This document shows, one piece after another, positions 43,981 to 53,040 of a DNA stretch of 64,000 nt (positions are counted from its first letter, which is position 1; each line of letters begins with the position of its first letter). Source of the stretch: an uncultured Candidatus Saccharibacteria bacterium (GTDB lineage Bacteria > Patescibacteriota > Minisyncoccia > Phycocordibacterales > UBA9973); assembly GCA_964645245.1 (NCBI GenBank), contig CAZYBS010000003.1, forward strand, positions 9,366-73,365. Reading direction: 5' to 3'. The notes under the pieces were generated by a model, which did not search any database, had not been told where the DNA came from, and worked only from the letters and a program-made list of their open reading frames with translations. The translations under genes and the position numbers were made by a program.

Positions 43981-44338
43981 TTACAACAAATGACCTCCTT
44001 TAGGAAATAGTCTGTCAAACTCTGTCTCAATTTGTTCAATCTCTACTGGCGTTAAAACTCTATTTTTGTAATCAAATGATTCGATATATGAAATTAGTTC
44101 TTGAATCGTTTCTTCATTTATCCCACTGGAAGTATGGAATATACTATCTTTAAGCCCAGTGATTAGTTCCTGAAGCTTTCCCAGTAAACGAGCAATTTGC
44201 CCTCTAGAAGACTCAACAGTAACCTCTACCGCGGGCTGTCGCTGGATCTTTATAAAAATCCAACCTCAAGGGCGTCATCGTAGTGGTAAACCAATGCCTT
44301 AAATATGAATTTGGAGATTGTTTAAATTCTTCAACCAT
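43981..44338 (-). pseudogene. Possible frameshifted gene remnant next to the IS (41-codon ATG ORF + overlapping ~90-codon start-less ORF)
   Basis: MVEEFKQSPNSYLRHWFTTTMTPLRLDFYKDPATA... in one frame, continuing as ...VEVTVESSRGQIARLLGKLQELITGLKDSIFHTSSGINEETIQELISYIESFDYKNRVLTPVEIEQIETEFDRLFPKGGHLL in the +1 frame. Read by eye; not in the ORF track. Confidence 0.25.
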
Positions 44339-44342
44339 AAAA

Positions 44343-45026
44343 TTATTTTATCTGACTTAACTGTTGCATTACCGCTTCGTATGGTTGAGCGCCTCGGATG
44401 TTGTCGATAACTTTACCGTTTACCAAAATGAAAGAAGCTGGGGTTCCGTTTACGCCGGCTTTGTTTCCATCATCAATATCAGCCTGAACTTTGTCTTTAA
44501 ATTTTCCGCTATTAAGACAAGTATTAAAGGAAGCTACATCAAGTCCGACATATTCTGCAATCTTAGGGAGTTCTGCCGCATTAAGACCATCATTGGATGG
44601 AGTAATTTCAAAAAGTCTGTCGGTATATTTCCAGAAAGCATCATTTCCACCTTGTTCCCATGCGCATTCTGTCGCTTCCGCTTCATGGAAGGCTTTTGGA
44701 TGAAGCTGGGCAATTGGGTAATGTCTGTATACCCAAGCCACTTTATTGTTGTTGGCCACCACTTTGTGCATTGTGTTATGGAATATTTTACAAAACGGAC
44801 ATTCAAGGTCCGAGTATTCTACGATAACTATTTTGGCATTCATATTTCCTATAATATGATCATTTAATGAAATGGCTCTGCCTTGCGAAGTTGTGTTTTT
44901 AGCATTATTGGCAATTGGCGCATAACCTGCCGGCGGCTTGCTTCCTTTGAGCAGGATCGCTCCAGCGATCAGAACTCCCACCACAAGTATTGCTCCAACT
45001 ATTGGTCTTTGGTCGTTATTTTGCAT
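44343..45026 (-). CDS. DsbA-family thiol:disulfide oxidoreductase (membrane-anchored, CPFC active site)
   Basis: N-terminal TM anchor, thioredoxin-fold CxxC motif ECPFCKIFH. Confidence 0.75.
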   Translation of the reverse strand: MQNNDQRPIVGAILVVGVLIAGAILLKGSKPPAGYAPIANNAKNTTSQGRAISLNDHIIGNMNAKIVIVEYSDLECPFCKIFHNTMHKVVANNNKVAWVYRHYPIAQLHPKAFHEAEATECAWEQGGNDAFWKYTDRLFEITPSNDGLNAAELPKIAEYVGLDVASFNTCLNSGKFKDKVQADIDDGNKAGVNGTPASFILVNGKVIDNIRGAQPYEAVMQQLSQIK

Positions 45027-45171
45027 TTTTATATGTTATTATAATAATGTGTTATATTGTACACATTATATTTTGACTTGCAACAAGCGTAGAGGTATAA
45101 TTGTAGCATTAATATCAACCTGCTTGACTTGTCGTTTCGGGCGGGACTTATAAGCTAATATTAAAAAATAT

Positions 45172-45459
45172 ATGTGTGGTTCAAAATGTGGTAGCGGGGG
45201 ATGTAATATGTCTATGGTCGTTAGAGTTTTGGTAATTGTTGGAGGCGTAAATTGGGGTTTGGTAGGGCTCGGAATGCTTTTGGGCAGCGATTTGAATGTT
45301 GTTCATATGGTTCTAGGTTCTGTGCCGACTCCGGAGGCAGTCGTTTACTTACTAGTAGGTGTTGCGGCAGTTATGAAGATTTTTGGCTGCAAGTGCAAGA
45401 AGTGCATGGCGGCATGTGCTACTTGTGGCACCGATAGTAAAATGGGAGGCAGTATGTAG
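45172..45459 (+). CDS. DUF378-like small membrane protein with Cys-rich termini
   Basis: Core VNWGLVGLGMLLGSDLNVVHMVLGS...AVVYLLVGVAAV. CKCKKCMAACATCG at the C-terminus. Start uncertain (alternative Met at 45208). Confidence 0.45.
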   Translation: MCGSKCGSGGCNMSMVVRVLVIVGGVNWGLVGLGMLLGSDLNVVHMVLGSVPTPEAVVYLLVGVAAVMKIFGCKCKKCMAACATCGTDSKMGGSM

Positions 45460-45476
45460 TCTTACTCATAAACAAT

Positions 45477-46721
45477 ATGGCTTTGATTCCGAATGTAGTA
45501 TTTTATATATTAATTTTTTTGTCTGTTTACGTGCAGGTGTTTTTTCTCATTACCTTTCTGGAGAATAGAAAAAAAATAATTGTTAGAAACGGTAAAATGA
45601 AACTCTCTAATTATCCGGCAGTGACGATTGTGGTGCCTTGCTGGAATGAAGAAAAAACGGTTTACCAAACTGTCCGCTCTCTGCTTGATTTGAATTATCC
45701 AAAAGATAAAGTTAAAATTTTCCTGGTTGATGATGGATCCACCGATAGTACCTGGAATATTATTCGTAAGTTTGAAAAATATCCAAATATAAAAATTTTT
45801 CGTAAAGAAAACGGGGGAAAATACACTGCGCTTAATCTGGGACTGGAACATTTTAAGACTGATTTTTTTGGTGGCCTGGACGCTGATTCATTCGTGGATT
45901 CGGAGTCCCTTATTCGCATTATGAGTTATTTTGAAAAAGACCCGAGTGTTATGGCTGTCGCTCCCTCGGTGACTGTGCATAATCCAAAAAACTTCATTCA
46001 AAATGCCCAGAAAGCTGAATATCATATGAGTGTTTATCTTAAAAAAATGCTTGGTTTTTTGGGAGCTATCAACGTGACTCCGGGACCCCTGACGATTTTT
46101 CGCAAGAAAGTTTTTGACGATTTAGGGCCTTATCGACATGGACACAATACGGAAGATATGGAGATTGCTTATCGGATGCAGAAAAATCATTATAAAATAG
46201 AACACTGCAACGACGCGTATGTTTACACCAATACACCAACGACGACGAAGAAGCTTTACCGACAGAGGTTGCGCTGGATCTATGGTTTTATTAATAACAC
46301 TCTTGATTACAAGAGCATTTTATTTAGAAAAGAATACGGGAATTTTTCTGTTTTTACTTTACCCATGGGTATCGTCTCTATTCTGACTGTCAGTTATCTT
46401 TTCGGCAGAATAGTTTATAATTTAGGTGATTTTTTATATTCAAAAATTTTAGTTTTTAAAACTGTAGGGTGGCATTTCACTACTCAAGCTTATAATTTTG
46501 ATTCATTCTTCCTAAATGCGCGGTCTTTTTTATTCCTGGTTATCCTGATCTATTTTTTGGTGATTTTTTCAATGATTTTTGGGCGAAAAATGGCGGAAGG
46601 AAAATGGAGGCTCTCTTTGAGTATGATATATTTCTTTCCTATTTTTAGCATTATTGCTCCATTTTGGCTTATGAAGGCAGTTTACAATACTCTTTTAAAG
46701 AGAAAACCGGCTTGGAGATAA
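45477..46721 (+). CDS. Family 2 glycosyltransferase (membrane-embedded processive GT, cellulose/PNAG-synthase-like)
   Basis: VTIVVPCWNEEKTV...KIFLVDDGSTDST...GGKYTALNLGL...GLDADS, QxxRW-like QRLRW, flanking TM helices. Confidence 0.8.
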   Translation: MALIPNVVFYILIFLSVYVQVFFLITFLENRKKIIVRNGKMKLSNYPAVTIVVPCWNEEKTVYQTVRSLLDLNYPKDKVKIFLVDDGSTDSTWNIIRKFEKYPNIKIFRKENGGKYTALNLGLEHFKTDFFGGLDADSFVDSESLIRIMSYFEKDPSVMAVAPSVTVHNPKNFIQNAQKAEYHMSVYLKKMLGFLGAINVTPGPLTIFRKKVFDDLGPYRHGHNTEDMEIAYRMQKNHYKIEHCNDAYVYTNTPTTTKKLYRQRLRWIYGFINNTLDYKSILFRKEYGNFSVFTLPMGIVSILTVSYLFGRIVYNLGDFLYSKILVFKTVGWHFTTQAYNFDSFFLNARSFLFLVILIYFLVIFSMIFGRKMAEGKWRLSLSMIYFFPIFSIIAPFWLMKAVYNTLLKRKPAWR

Positions 46722-46725
46722 ACAT

Positions 46726-47424
46726 ATGAATGATAATATTGATTGGAAAAAATACTTAATTGTGTTTTTGATTACCGTGGGTCTTTTTTTAACTGCTGGT
46801 TATTTGAGTAATTATTTTGGCAATAAGAAAATTAATCAGATAAAATCAATTCAAGATAAAATTGCCATTAATATCCTATCTTCGGAGACGCAGTTTTCTC
46901 TACTTCAAGAGCTTTCTTGCAAGAATGTTTCCGGATCCCTTTTATCAGCCGAGCTGGATGAGCTTGGACGTAAGCTGGAATGGGGGCAGAAAAACTTGGG
47001 TTCTACTGATGAAGTTTCTTACCTGAAGAAACATTATTCCCTTCTTCAAATTAAAGATTATCTTTTAGCAAAGAAAATTTCTGCGCGTTGTGGAGTTAAA
47101 TCCGCGTTTATTCTTTTTTTCTACACGACAGCAGAAAATTGCGGTGAATGTGAAAAGGAAGGATTTGTGCTCACAGACCTTCGTGATCGATATCCAGAAC
47201 TGCGTGTTTATTCCTTTGACTACAGTATAGATCTTTCAGCTGTAAAAGCGATGCTTCAAATTTACAAAATAAAAGACACCGAACTGCCGGCGCTCATTCT
47301 GGATGATGAGTTATTAACCGGCTTTCATAGCATTGAAGAGCTTGAGTCTCGCATCAAAGAATCTTTCAAGCTTCAAGAAATGAAACCGGCAGGTAATACT
47401 AAGGATACAAAAAAAAGTTCTTAA
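46726..47424 (+). CDS. Hypothetical membrane-anchored protein with CGEC motif (possible thioredoxin-like fold)
   Basis: N-terminal TM, then AENCGECEKEGF. No firm family. Confidence 0.4.
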   Translation: MNDNIDWKKYLIVFLITVGLFLTAGYLSNYFGNKKINQIKSIQDKIAINILSSETQFSLLQELSCKNVSGSLLSAELDELGRKLEWGQKNLGSTDEVSYLKKHYSLLQIKDYLLAKKISARCGVKSAFILFFYTTAENCGECEKEGFVLTDLRDRYPELRVYSFDYSIDLSAVKAMLQIYKIKDTELPALILDDELLTGFHSIEELESRIKESFKLQEMKPAGNTKDTKKSS

Positions 47425-47579
47425 CCGGAGTATCTTTATGACTGCGCTCGAACCTACTTTATCAAAAACGGCTGAAAAAAGACAGCCACTCCGCCGCCCG
47501 CCGAAAAATCAGTTCGGCTCGGCGACTTTGAGTTTGTAGACCGCTTTGGCGCCCTCTTTGTTTTTTAAGATTCTGCAGA

Positions 47580-48110
47580 TTACGAACCCGGAATGTAGCA
47601 AACAGGAAAGGCAGCAACTCCCACTACCCACTCTCCTTCTGCTCCACACAGAAGATCCCCGCTCGGTCCCCCTTCAAGAGAGCAGCATTGCGGCAGGTTT
47701 GTTTCTTGGATAAAAGAAATATCTCCGCAGGCGCCAGAATGTACCTCTTCCTTGGAAACCTTTATACAGCTTGGGGCTATTCCGCAGCTTGCAAGGATCT
47801 CCTCTGGGCTGAGTGGAAAGCCAGCAAGTTCATTCATCATAAGGCACTGTTGGGATTTCGCTGCTATCTTTTCCTGCTGGCGGATATAGTTTTTAGAGTC
47901 TGGATTCATTTCCAGCCAGCCAGCCAGCATATCACTGCACGAGAGCATACATCCAGCCACGCTTTCTGCATCGGCGCTTTTTCGGTGCTGGATATTCTTG
48001 TCAAATCCAAAGCCTTGAGCCAGGACTCCTTGTCCAAATAAAACTCCAAGGGCGAGAATTATTCCCGCAACCACGATACTAATTGGAAGAAAATTCTTTG
48101 GCATATTCAT
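47580..48110 (-). CDS. Secreted cysteine-rich hypothetical protein (signal peptide, about 14 Cys)
   Basis: MNMPKNFLPISIVVAGIILALGVLFGQGVLAQG signal-like N-terminus. Confidence 0.45.
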   Translation of the reverse strand: MNMPKNFLPISIVVAGIILALGVLFGQGVLAQGFGFDKNIQHRKSADAESVAGCMLSCSDMLAGWLEMNPDSKNYIRQQEKIAAKSQQCLMMNELAGFPLSPEEILASCGIAPSCIKVSKEEVHSGACGDISFIQETNLPQCCSLEGGPSGDLLCGAEGEWVVGVAAFPVCYIPGS

Positions 48111-48220
48111 AATTTAGCTATTATTAAGTGCTTGACGCTTTTTCACGTGGATTCGACTATTGTCCACAACGTCGAGTTGATACTTTAACTTTATCATGCG
48201 AGGTGGGTCAAGTCAAATTC

Positions 48221-48296
48221 TGGAGCCGCCTCTCGGACTCGAACCGAGGACCGACTGTTTACAAAACAGTTGCTCTACCAACTGAGCTAAGGCGGC
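48221..48296 (-). tRNA. tRNA-Thr (anticodon UGU); CCA encoded
   Basis: Reverse complement GCCGCCT-TA-GCTC-AGTTGGTA-GAGC-A-ACTGT-TTTGTAA-ACAGT-CGGTC-CTCGG-TTCGAGT-CCGAG-AGGCGGC-T-CCA with all stems perfect. Confidence 0.9.
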
Positions 48297-48526
48297 AATA
48301 CTTTCTTTAAAAATCTTCTTCCTGCTGCTGACTTTAAATATAATTCTCTTTTTCTTGCCTCTTCAAATGTAGCATATCGTTCTTTATAAACAAGTATTAA
48401 CTCTTTCATGTGGTTCGTAGTTATTGTGTGCCCAGAATGGTGTTCAGCCAGTCTTCTTTTCAGATTATTTGTCATTCCCTTATATACTTTTCCTTTATTA
48501 TCTTTTAGTACATAAACTGTAAACAT
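48287..48526 (-). CDS. Small GIY-YIG nuclease-domain protein (79 aa) ending inside the 5' end of tRNA-Thr
   Basis: FTVYVLKDNKGKVYKGMTNNLKRRLAEHHSG is the GIY-YIG core. The last codons (CCG CCT TAG) are tRNA nucleotides 3-10. Confidence 0.7.
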   Translation of the reverse strand: MFTVYVLKDNKGKVYKGMTNNLKRRLAEHHSGHTITTNHMKELILVYKERYATFEEARKRELYLKSAAGRRFLKKVLPP

Positions 48527-48554
48527 ATTTTTACAAAACAGTTACTCCTACCAA

Positions 48555-48598
48555 CTCCCGCCCGAACGTGCCGAAAGCAGTTCGGTACGGGCGGGGAG
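48555..48598. repeat. Family B GC-rich hairpin, intergenic copy (CTCCCGCCCGAACG..GTTCGGTACGGGCGGGGAG)
   Basis: Shares the 12-mer cccgcccgaacg with the mreC in-frame copy. Also 10-bp outer stem plus inner GCCGAAagcagTTCGG. Confidence 0.65.
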
Positions 48599-48625
48599 CT
48601 TTATTCCGGCGAATTATTTACTACT

Positions 48626-49060
48626 CTACAAATTCCTTTCCTCTTCATGTATTTTATGCTTAATTTCTCTGATTTTGTTTTTATAGTCTGAAATCATTTT
48701 TAGGAACTTATTTACTTCGGCTTTTTCTGGTAAGTCACCATTTAAACCATTTTTATTTTTACCACTTACATTTTTTATTTTGATTTTTACTTCTTCGTAT
48801 TGATATTTTAAAAAATTAGAAGAGCGGATATAAAATCGCAATGTTATGACCAGACCCATATGTCCGTATTTTTTTATATTTTTAGTAACGAAATGCCTAA
48901 TTTCTTCCAAGTGTGGAACTTCAAATAAAACTTCTTCTCTATTCGGGGTTTGTCCATTTTTAAATAAAACTAATTTTTTCCCGAGCATAATAATAATCCC
49001 TAGGAGTGATATGAAAAATAAAATTAAAAGTATATACATATTATTTCTTTGAAAGCTCAA
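48626..49060 (-). CDS. Hypothetical membrane protein (N-terminal TM, Lys-rich C-terminus)
   Basis: ORF overlaps the tsf 3' end by 20 nt; true start may be the Met at about 49039. Confidence 0.4.
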   Translation of the reverse strand: MSFQRNNMYILLILFFISLLGIIIMLGKKLVLFKNGQTPNREEVLFEVPHLEEIRHFVTKNIKKYGHMGLVITLRFYIRSSNFLKYQYEEVKIKIKNVSGKNKNGLNGDLPEKAEVNKFLKMISDYKNKIREIKHKIHEEERNL

Positions 49061-49508
49061 ATCGCGCGAAGCGCCCGATCTCTATTCTTTCACCAGTTTT
49101 TTGGACAGCTTCTTCAACGAGCGAGACGACCTTTGTCTCTGGATTTTTTATAAAAGGTTCCTGCAAGAGAGCCTGGATATCCTTGGGCCCCGTGGCCGCT
49201 ATTTGCATGGCTATCTCTTTGGCTAAAGTTTTGAAAACTTCGTTTTTAGCCACAAAGTCCGTTTCGCACAAAAGCTCAACCATGGCGCCAATTTTGCCTT
49301 CACCGTGAACATAGGTATGTACATAGCCTGAACCAAGCAATCGGTCAAGCTTTTTCAAGGCGATATCAGAGCCCGTCTTTTTTAGAATAGCCAGCGCTTT
49401 TTTCATATCACCTTCGGCCTCTGTGAGCGCGCGCTTGCACTGCATCACGGAAATTCCCGTAGCACCTCTTAATTCTTTTACAAGTTCAGTTGTTATTTTT
49501 GTAGGCAT
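49041..49508 (-). CDS. tsf: Elongation factor Ts, short form (155 aa)
   Basis: ITTELVKELRGATGISVMQCKRALTEAEGDMKKALAILKKTG is the UBA-like N-terminal domain. Downstream of rpsB as in the canonical operon. Confidence 0.8.
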   Translation of the reverse strand: MPTKITTELVKELRGATGISVMQCKRALTEAEGDMKKALAILKKTGSDIALKKLDRLLGSGYVHTYVHGEGKIGAMVELLCETDFVAKNEVFKTLAKEIAMQIAATGPKDIQALLQEPFIKNPETKVVSLVEEAVQKTGERIEIGRFARFELSKK

Positions 49509-49547
49509 ATTTGCTTGCCCCGTACCGAGCTTTGCTCTATATGGGGT

Positions 49548-50309
49548 TTAAGATGCTTTAGGAAGCGCAGCCATTTGGCCTTCTTTATAAGCATCAGCAA
49601 TTGATACGGTGAAAAACTTAATAGATGGTATACCAGAATCATTACCAACTATAGGGTAATCAACACCTTTGATATCCGAGTCGGAATTTACTAAAGAAAT
49701 TATAGGCACGTTCGATTTTTTAGCCTCGGTCGCAGCGATATGTTCTGTTCTTGCGTCTACAATAAATAATGCGTCAGGAGTCTTTTTTAAACCGATAAGC
49801 CCGGAGTAATATCTTGAAAGTTTCTCCATTTTTTTTGCCAAAACCACCCGTTCTTTTTTGGTGTATTTATCAAGTCTGCCTTCGGTGCTGTCTTTGCGAT
49901 AATTTTCAAGTTCGTTGATTCTCTTTTTTATTTCTGTGAAATTAGAGAGCGTTCCCCCAATCCATCTCTCCACCACGTACGGCATATTCAGAGATTCTGC
50001 TATGTTTTTAGTTATTTCTTTTGCTTCCGGCTTTGTGCCGACAAAAAGAATAACTTTGCCGGCGGCTCCCAGACTTTTTACAAATTCCAAAGCGCGTTCC
50101 AGTATAACAGCCGTTTTTTCAAGGTCTATTATATCATTTTTGTTTTTTGTGGCATATATATAGGGAGATACGGAAGGGTGCCTTCTGGTCCTTCCATAGC
50201 CGTAATGCGCTCCGGCCTTGAACATTTTTTCTATTATATTATCAGCTTCTTTCTTGTTTTCCGCTTTTTGCATATGGATTAATATAGCAGAAGGGCTCCT
50301 TTTTTGCAA
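49548..50309 (-). CDS. rpsB: 30S ribosomal protein S2
   Basis: MFKAGAHYGYGRTRRHP...IIDLEKT...KVILFVGTKPEA...VVERWIGGTLSNF. Start uncertain (Met at 50309, 50273 or 50225). Confidence 0.85.
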   Translation of the reverse strand: MQKRSPSAILIHMQKAENKKEADNIIEKMFKAGAHYGYGRTRRHPSVSPYIYATKNKNDIIDLEKTAVILERALEFVKSLGAAGKVILFVGTKPEAKEITKNIAESLNMPYVVERWIGGTLSNFTEIKKRINELENYRKDSTEGRLDKYTKKERVVLAKKMEKLSRYYSGLIGLKKTPDALFIVDARTEHIAATEAKKSNVPIISLVNSDSDIKGVDYPIVGNDSGIPSIKFFTVSIADAYKEGQMAALPKAS

Positions 50310-50520
50310 GATCTAAATTTTGTATAACAGTGTGGATAAAGCAAGGATTTCCTACAAGTAAATATAGTAAAAGAATGGTGCTTATTTAAAGATTTACAGA
50401 CCTTGCTTTATTTATTAGGTAGTAGTAAATTATAAGCATAAAGGTACAATAACATTTATTAACTAATATTAATTTCTTGAAGTTGACCGATTGGGTCATA
50501 TAAGGGAAAGGAGAAAAAAT

Positions 50521-50889
50521 ATGGACGAAAGAAAATTTGGAAGTGTGCCTCCACAGGAGGGTATGAAGACTGAGGCTGAGAAAGCAAAGGATGTAAGAGA
50601 TCGGATAGGCGCGAGCCCTGGACACGGTTCGCATTATGAATGGGATAACGGAATTGATAGAGTGCCTAATGTTAGTGAGGCAGCAGCATTGCTTGATGAG
50701 ATGCGTCGGTTGATTCGCGCACAAATGAATGAGCGCTTGCATTTTGCAGACCGTAGCTTTACAGAGAACACCGTTCAATCATTGGCTAATCGTGCCGCAA
50801 AACGATTAGGTGTTACGGTCGAAGAAATTATGGCCGAGTGCAAAGAAAAAGATACTACTGCCGATATTGAAGCTTACCGAAAAAAGTAA
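50521..50889 (+). CDS. Small hydrophilic hypothetical protein (about 122 aa), higher GC than its surroundings, immediately upstream of an IS200/RAYT-like element
   Basis: RBS GGAGAAAAAAT before ATG 50521. The track ORF starts earlier at 50491. Confidence 0.35.
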   Translation: MDERKFGSVPPQEGMKTEAEKAKDVRDRIGASPGHGSHYEWDNGIDRVPNVSEAAALLDEMRRLIRAQMNERLHFADRSFTENTVQSLANRAAKRLGVTVEEIMAECKEKDTTADIEAYRKK

Positions 50890-50894
50890 CACCT

Positions 50895-51665
50895 TCTTTA
50901 TAGACGTCCGACATCTACAGTGATATATTATAGGCATGAGAAAACATCCTTTTATCACTGGTTCATATTTTCATATTTACAACAGAGGCGTTGATAAACG
51001 TGATATTTTCATGGACGGAAAAGATGTGGAAAGATTTTTATTGTGCATGAAGTTGTTTGCATATAAAGATCCCGTAGGAAGTTTAGAATTAGCGCTTCGT
51101 GAACAAGAATCATTTGTAGACGTTCGACATCTCCAAATTCCGGCAGATAGAAAACGATTGGTTTCCATTGTTGAATATTGTCTTAACCCAAATCATTTTC
51201 ATTTTATACTGAAACAGGAACTTGGTGGTGGTATTAGTGAATTTATGAAGCGATTACAGGGTGGTTACACAAGGTATTTTAATGATAAAAATAACCGTAG
51301 CGGAGCGTTACTTCAAGGTAAATTTAAATCAAGCTACGCAGAGAAAGAAAATTATTTTGAAATGCTTTTTGCATATGTGATGTGGAATTATAAGGTCCAC
51401 AATATCTCTAAAAATAAATTAAAATTAACACGTAGTAGTGAAGAAGAATATAAAACAGCCAATTTTTATATAATAAATCCAAAAGAAGGAAAAAAGTTTT
51501 TAGAATGGTTCGGTGATTATAAAAGTTTCCTTAAACATGGAAAGGAAATAATTGATCTGGTGCGGGAAAGTAGGGGTAAGAAACCCTGGAAAGCCGACAG
51601 TAAAGAGGAAGTAAGTTTTGATTATAATGATGATTAAATGTAGACGTCCGACGTCTACAAAGGTG
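50895..51665 (+). mobile_element. Second IS200/RAYT-like element: Y1 transposase gene flanked by near-palindromic hairpins TAGACGTCCGAC(A/G)TCTACA
   Basis: Hairpin at 50902-50920 upstream and 51642-51660 downstream (TGTAGACGTC-C-GACGTCTACA). A degenerate copy lies inside the ORF at about 51105. Confidence 0.65.
50936..51637 (+). CDS. Y1 HuH transposase (IS200-like / RAYT family), 233 aa
   Basis: SYFHIYNRGVDKRDIF...VEYCLNPNHFHFILKQ (HuH)...YVMWNY. Paralogous to 43191-43937 at roughly 35% identity by eye. Confidence 0.7.
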   Translation: MRKHPFITGSYFHIYNRGVDKRDIFMDGKDVERFLLCMKLFAYKDPVGSLELALREQESFVDVRHLQIPADRKRLVSIVEYCLNPNHFHFILKQELGGGISEFMKRLQGGYTRYFNDKNNRSGALLQGKFKSSYAEKENYFEMLFAYVMWNYKVHNISKNKLKLTRSSEEEYKTANFYIINPKEGKKFLEWFGDYKSFLKHGKEIIDLVRESRGKKPWKADSKEEVSFDYNDD

Positions 51666-51736
51666 TCTATAGACGAAAGGTAAGAATTACATTTTTCTGC
51701 TTTGACCAAAAGACTTTTTTCGGTTAAGATGAGTTA

Positions 51737-53020
51737 ATGAAACAATCAAAACTTTTTACTAAAACTAGGAAAGAAATACCGGCGGACGAAGTGTCTAAAA
51801 ACGCCGAATTACTTATTCGCGGGGGCTTTATTCACAAGGAAATGGCTGGAGTTTACAGCTATTTGCCCCTGGGACTTCGGGTGCTGAAGAAAATTGAAAA
51901 TATAATTAGAGAAGAAATGAATAAAGTTGGCGGGCAGGAAGTCCTGATGTCTTCTTTTCAACCAAAAGAAAATTGGGAAAAAACCGGCCGATGGGAGGTA
52001 ATGGATGATTTGTATAAAGTGAGTGATGCGTCCGGCCGGGAAGTTGCCTTGGGTCCCACTCATGAAGAGATTGTTGTCCCTATTTTAAAAAATTATGTTT
52101 CCTCGCACAAAGATTTTCCTATATATATTTATCAGATTCAAAACAAATTTAGAATGGAACTTCGCGCGAAATCCGGGATGCTTCGGGGCAGAGAATTTGT
52201 CATGAAAGATATGTATTCTTTTCACGCGAGAGCGGAAGATTTTGAAAAATTTTATAATAAAATGAAAGATGTTTATAAGACTATTTTTCAAAGAGTCGGT
52301 ATTGGCCACTTGACTTATATAACTTTCGCTTCGGGCGGAACTTTCTCCAAATATTCACACGAATTTCAGACCATTACTCCCATCGGTGAAGATATTATTT
52401 ATGTTGACGAAGCAAGCGGTACGGCCATCAATCAAGAAGTTTTTAATGATGAAGTTTTAAGCCAGCTAAATTTGACCAAAGAAAAATTAATTGAGCATAA
52501 GGCTATTGAAATCGGTAATATTTTTGACTTAAAGACAAAATATTCACAGCCATTTGACTTATCGTACACGGACGAAAAAGGAGAAAAACACATTGTTTTG
52601 ATGGGTTGTTATGGCATAGGATTAGGACGTCTTTTAGGCACGGTAGTAGAGGTTCTTTCCGATGATAAGGGCATCATTTGGCCGGAATCAATAGCGCCGT
52701 TTCAAGTGCATTTATTGGCTCTGGGAGATGATGAGGAAATTTCAATGGAAGCTGATAAAGTTTACCAGAGTTTATTGAAAGCTAATATTGAAGTTTTATT
52801 TGACGATAGGAGAGATGTGTCGGCCGGAGAAAAGTTTGCTGATTCGGATTTACTGGGTATTCCTTGGCGCGCAGTTATTTCTACTCGAAGTTTAAAAGAG
52901 GGAGGGATAGAATTAAAAAAACGTACGGAACCCGCCTCCGCTAAAGCTTCGGACGGGCAAGGAAAAAGTAAAATTGTTTCACTAAAAGAATTAATCAAAT
53001 TACTAGCACCTAGAACCTAG
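51737..53020 (+). CDS. proS: Prolyl-tRNA synthetase, bacterial-type core lacking the editing (INS) domain
   Basis: Aligns with E. coli ProRS N-terminus and class II motifs (LRAKSGMLRGREFVMKDMYSFH; GCYGIGLGRLLG), anticodon-binding C-terminus. The C-terminal PASAKASDGQGKS is encoded by a GC-rich family B-like hairpin. Confidence 0.85.
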   Translation: MKQSKLFTKTRKEIPADEVSKNAELLIRGGFIHKEMAGVYSYLPLGLRVLKKIENIIREEMNKVGGQEVLMSSFQPKENWEKTGRWEVMDDLYKVSDASGREVALGPTHEEIVVPILKNYVSSHKDFPIYIYQIQNKFRMELRAKSGMLRGREFVMKDMYSFHARAEDFEKFYNKMKDVYKTIFQRVGIGHLTYITFASGGTFSKYSHEFQTITPIGEDIIYVDEASGTAINQEVFNDEVLSQLNLTKEKLIEHKAIEIGNIFDLKTKYSQPFDLSYTDEKGEKHIVLMGCYGIGLGRLLGTVVEVLSDDKGIIWPESIAPFQVHLLALGDDEEISMEADKVYQSLLKANIEVLFDDRRDVSAGEKFADSDLLGIPWRAVISTRSLKEGGIELKKRTEPASAKASDGQGKSKIVSLKELIKLLAPRT

Positions 53021-53040
53021 CACCTAAAACCTAATTCAAA

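Noticed and set aside
50386-50778. 130-aa minus-strand ORF
   Set aside because: Overlaps the better-supported plus-strand small gene with RBS and no features of its own. Likely spurious.
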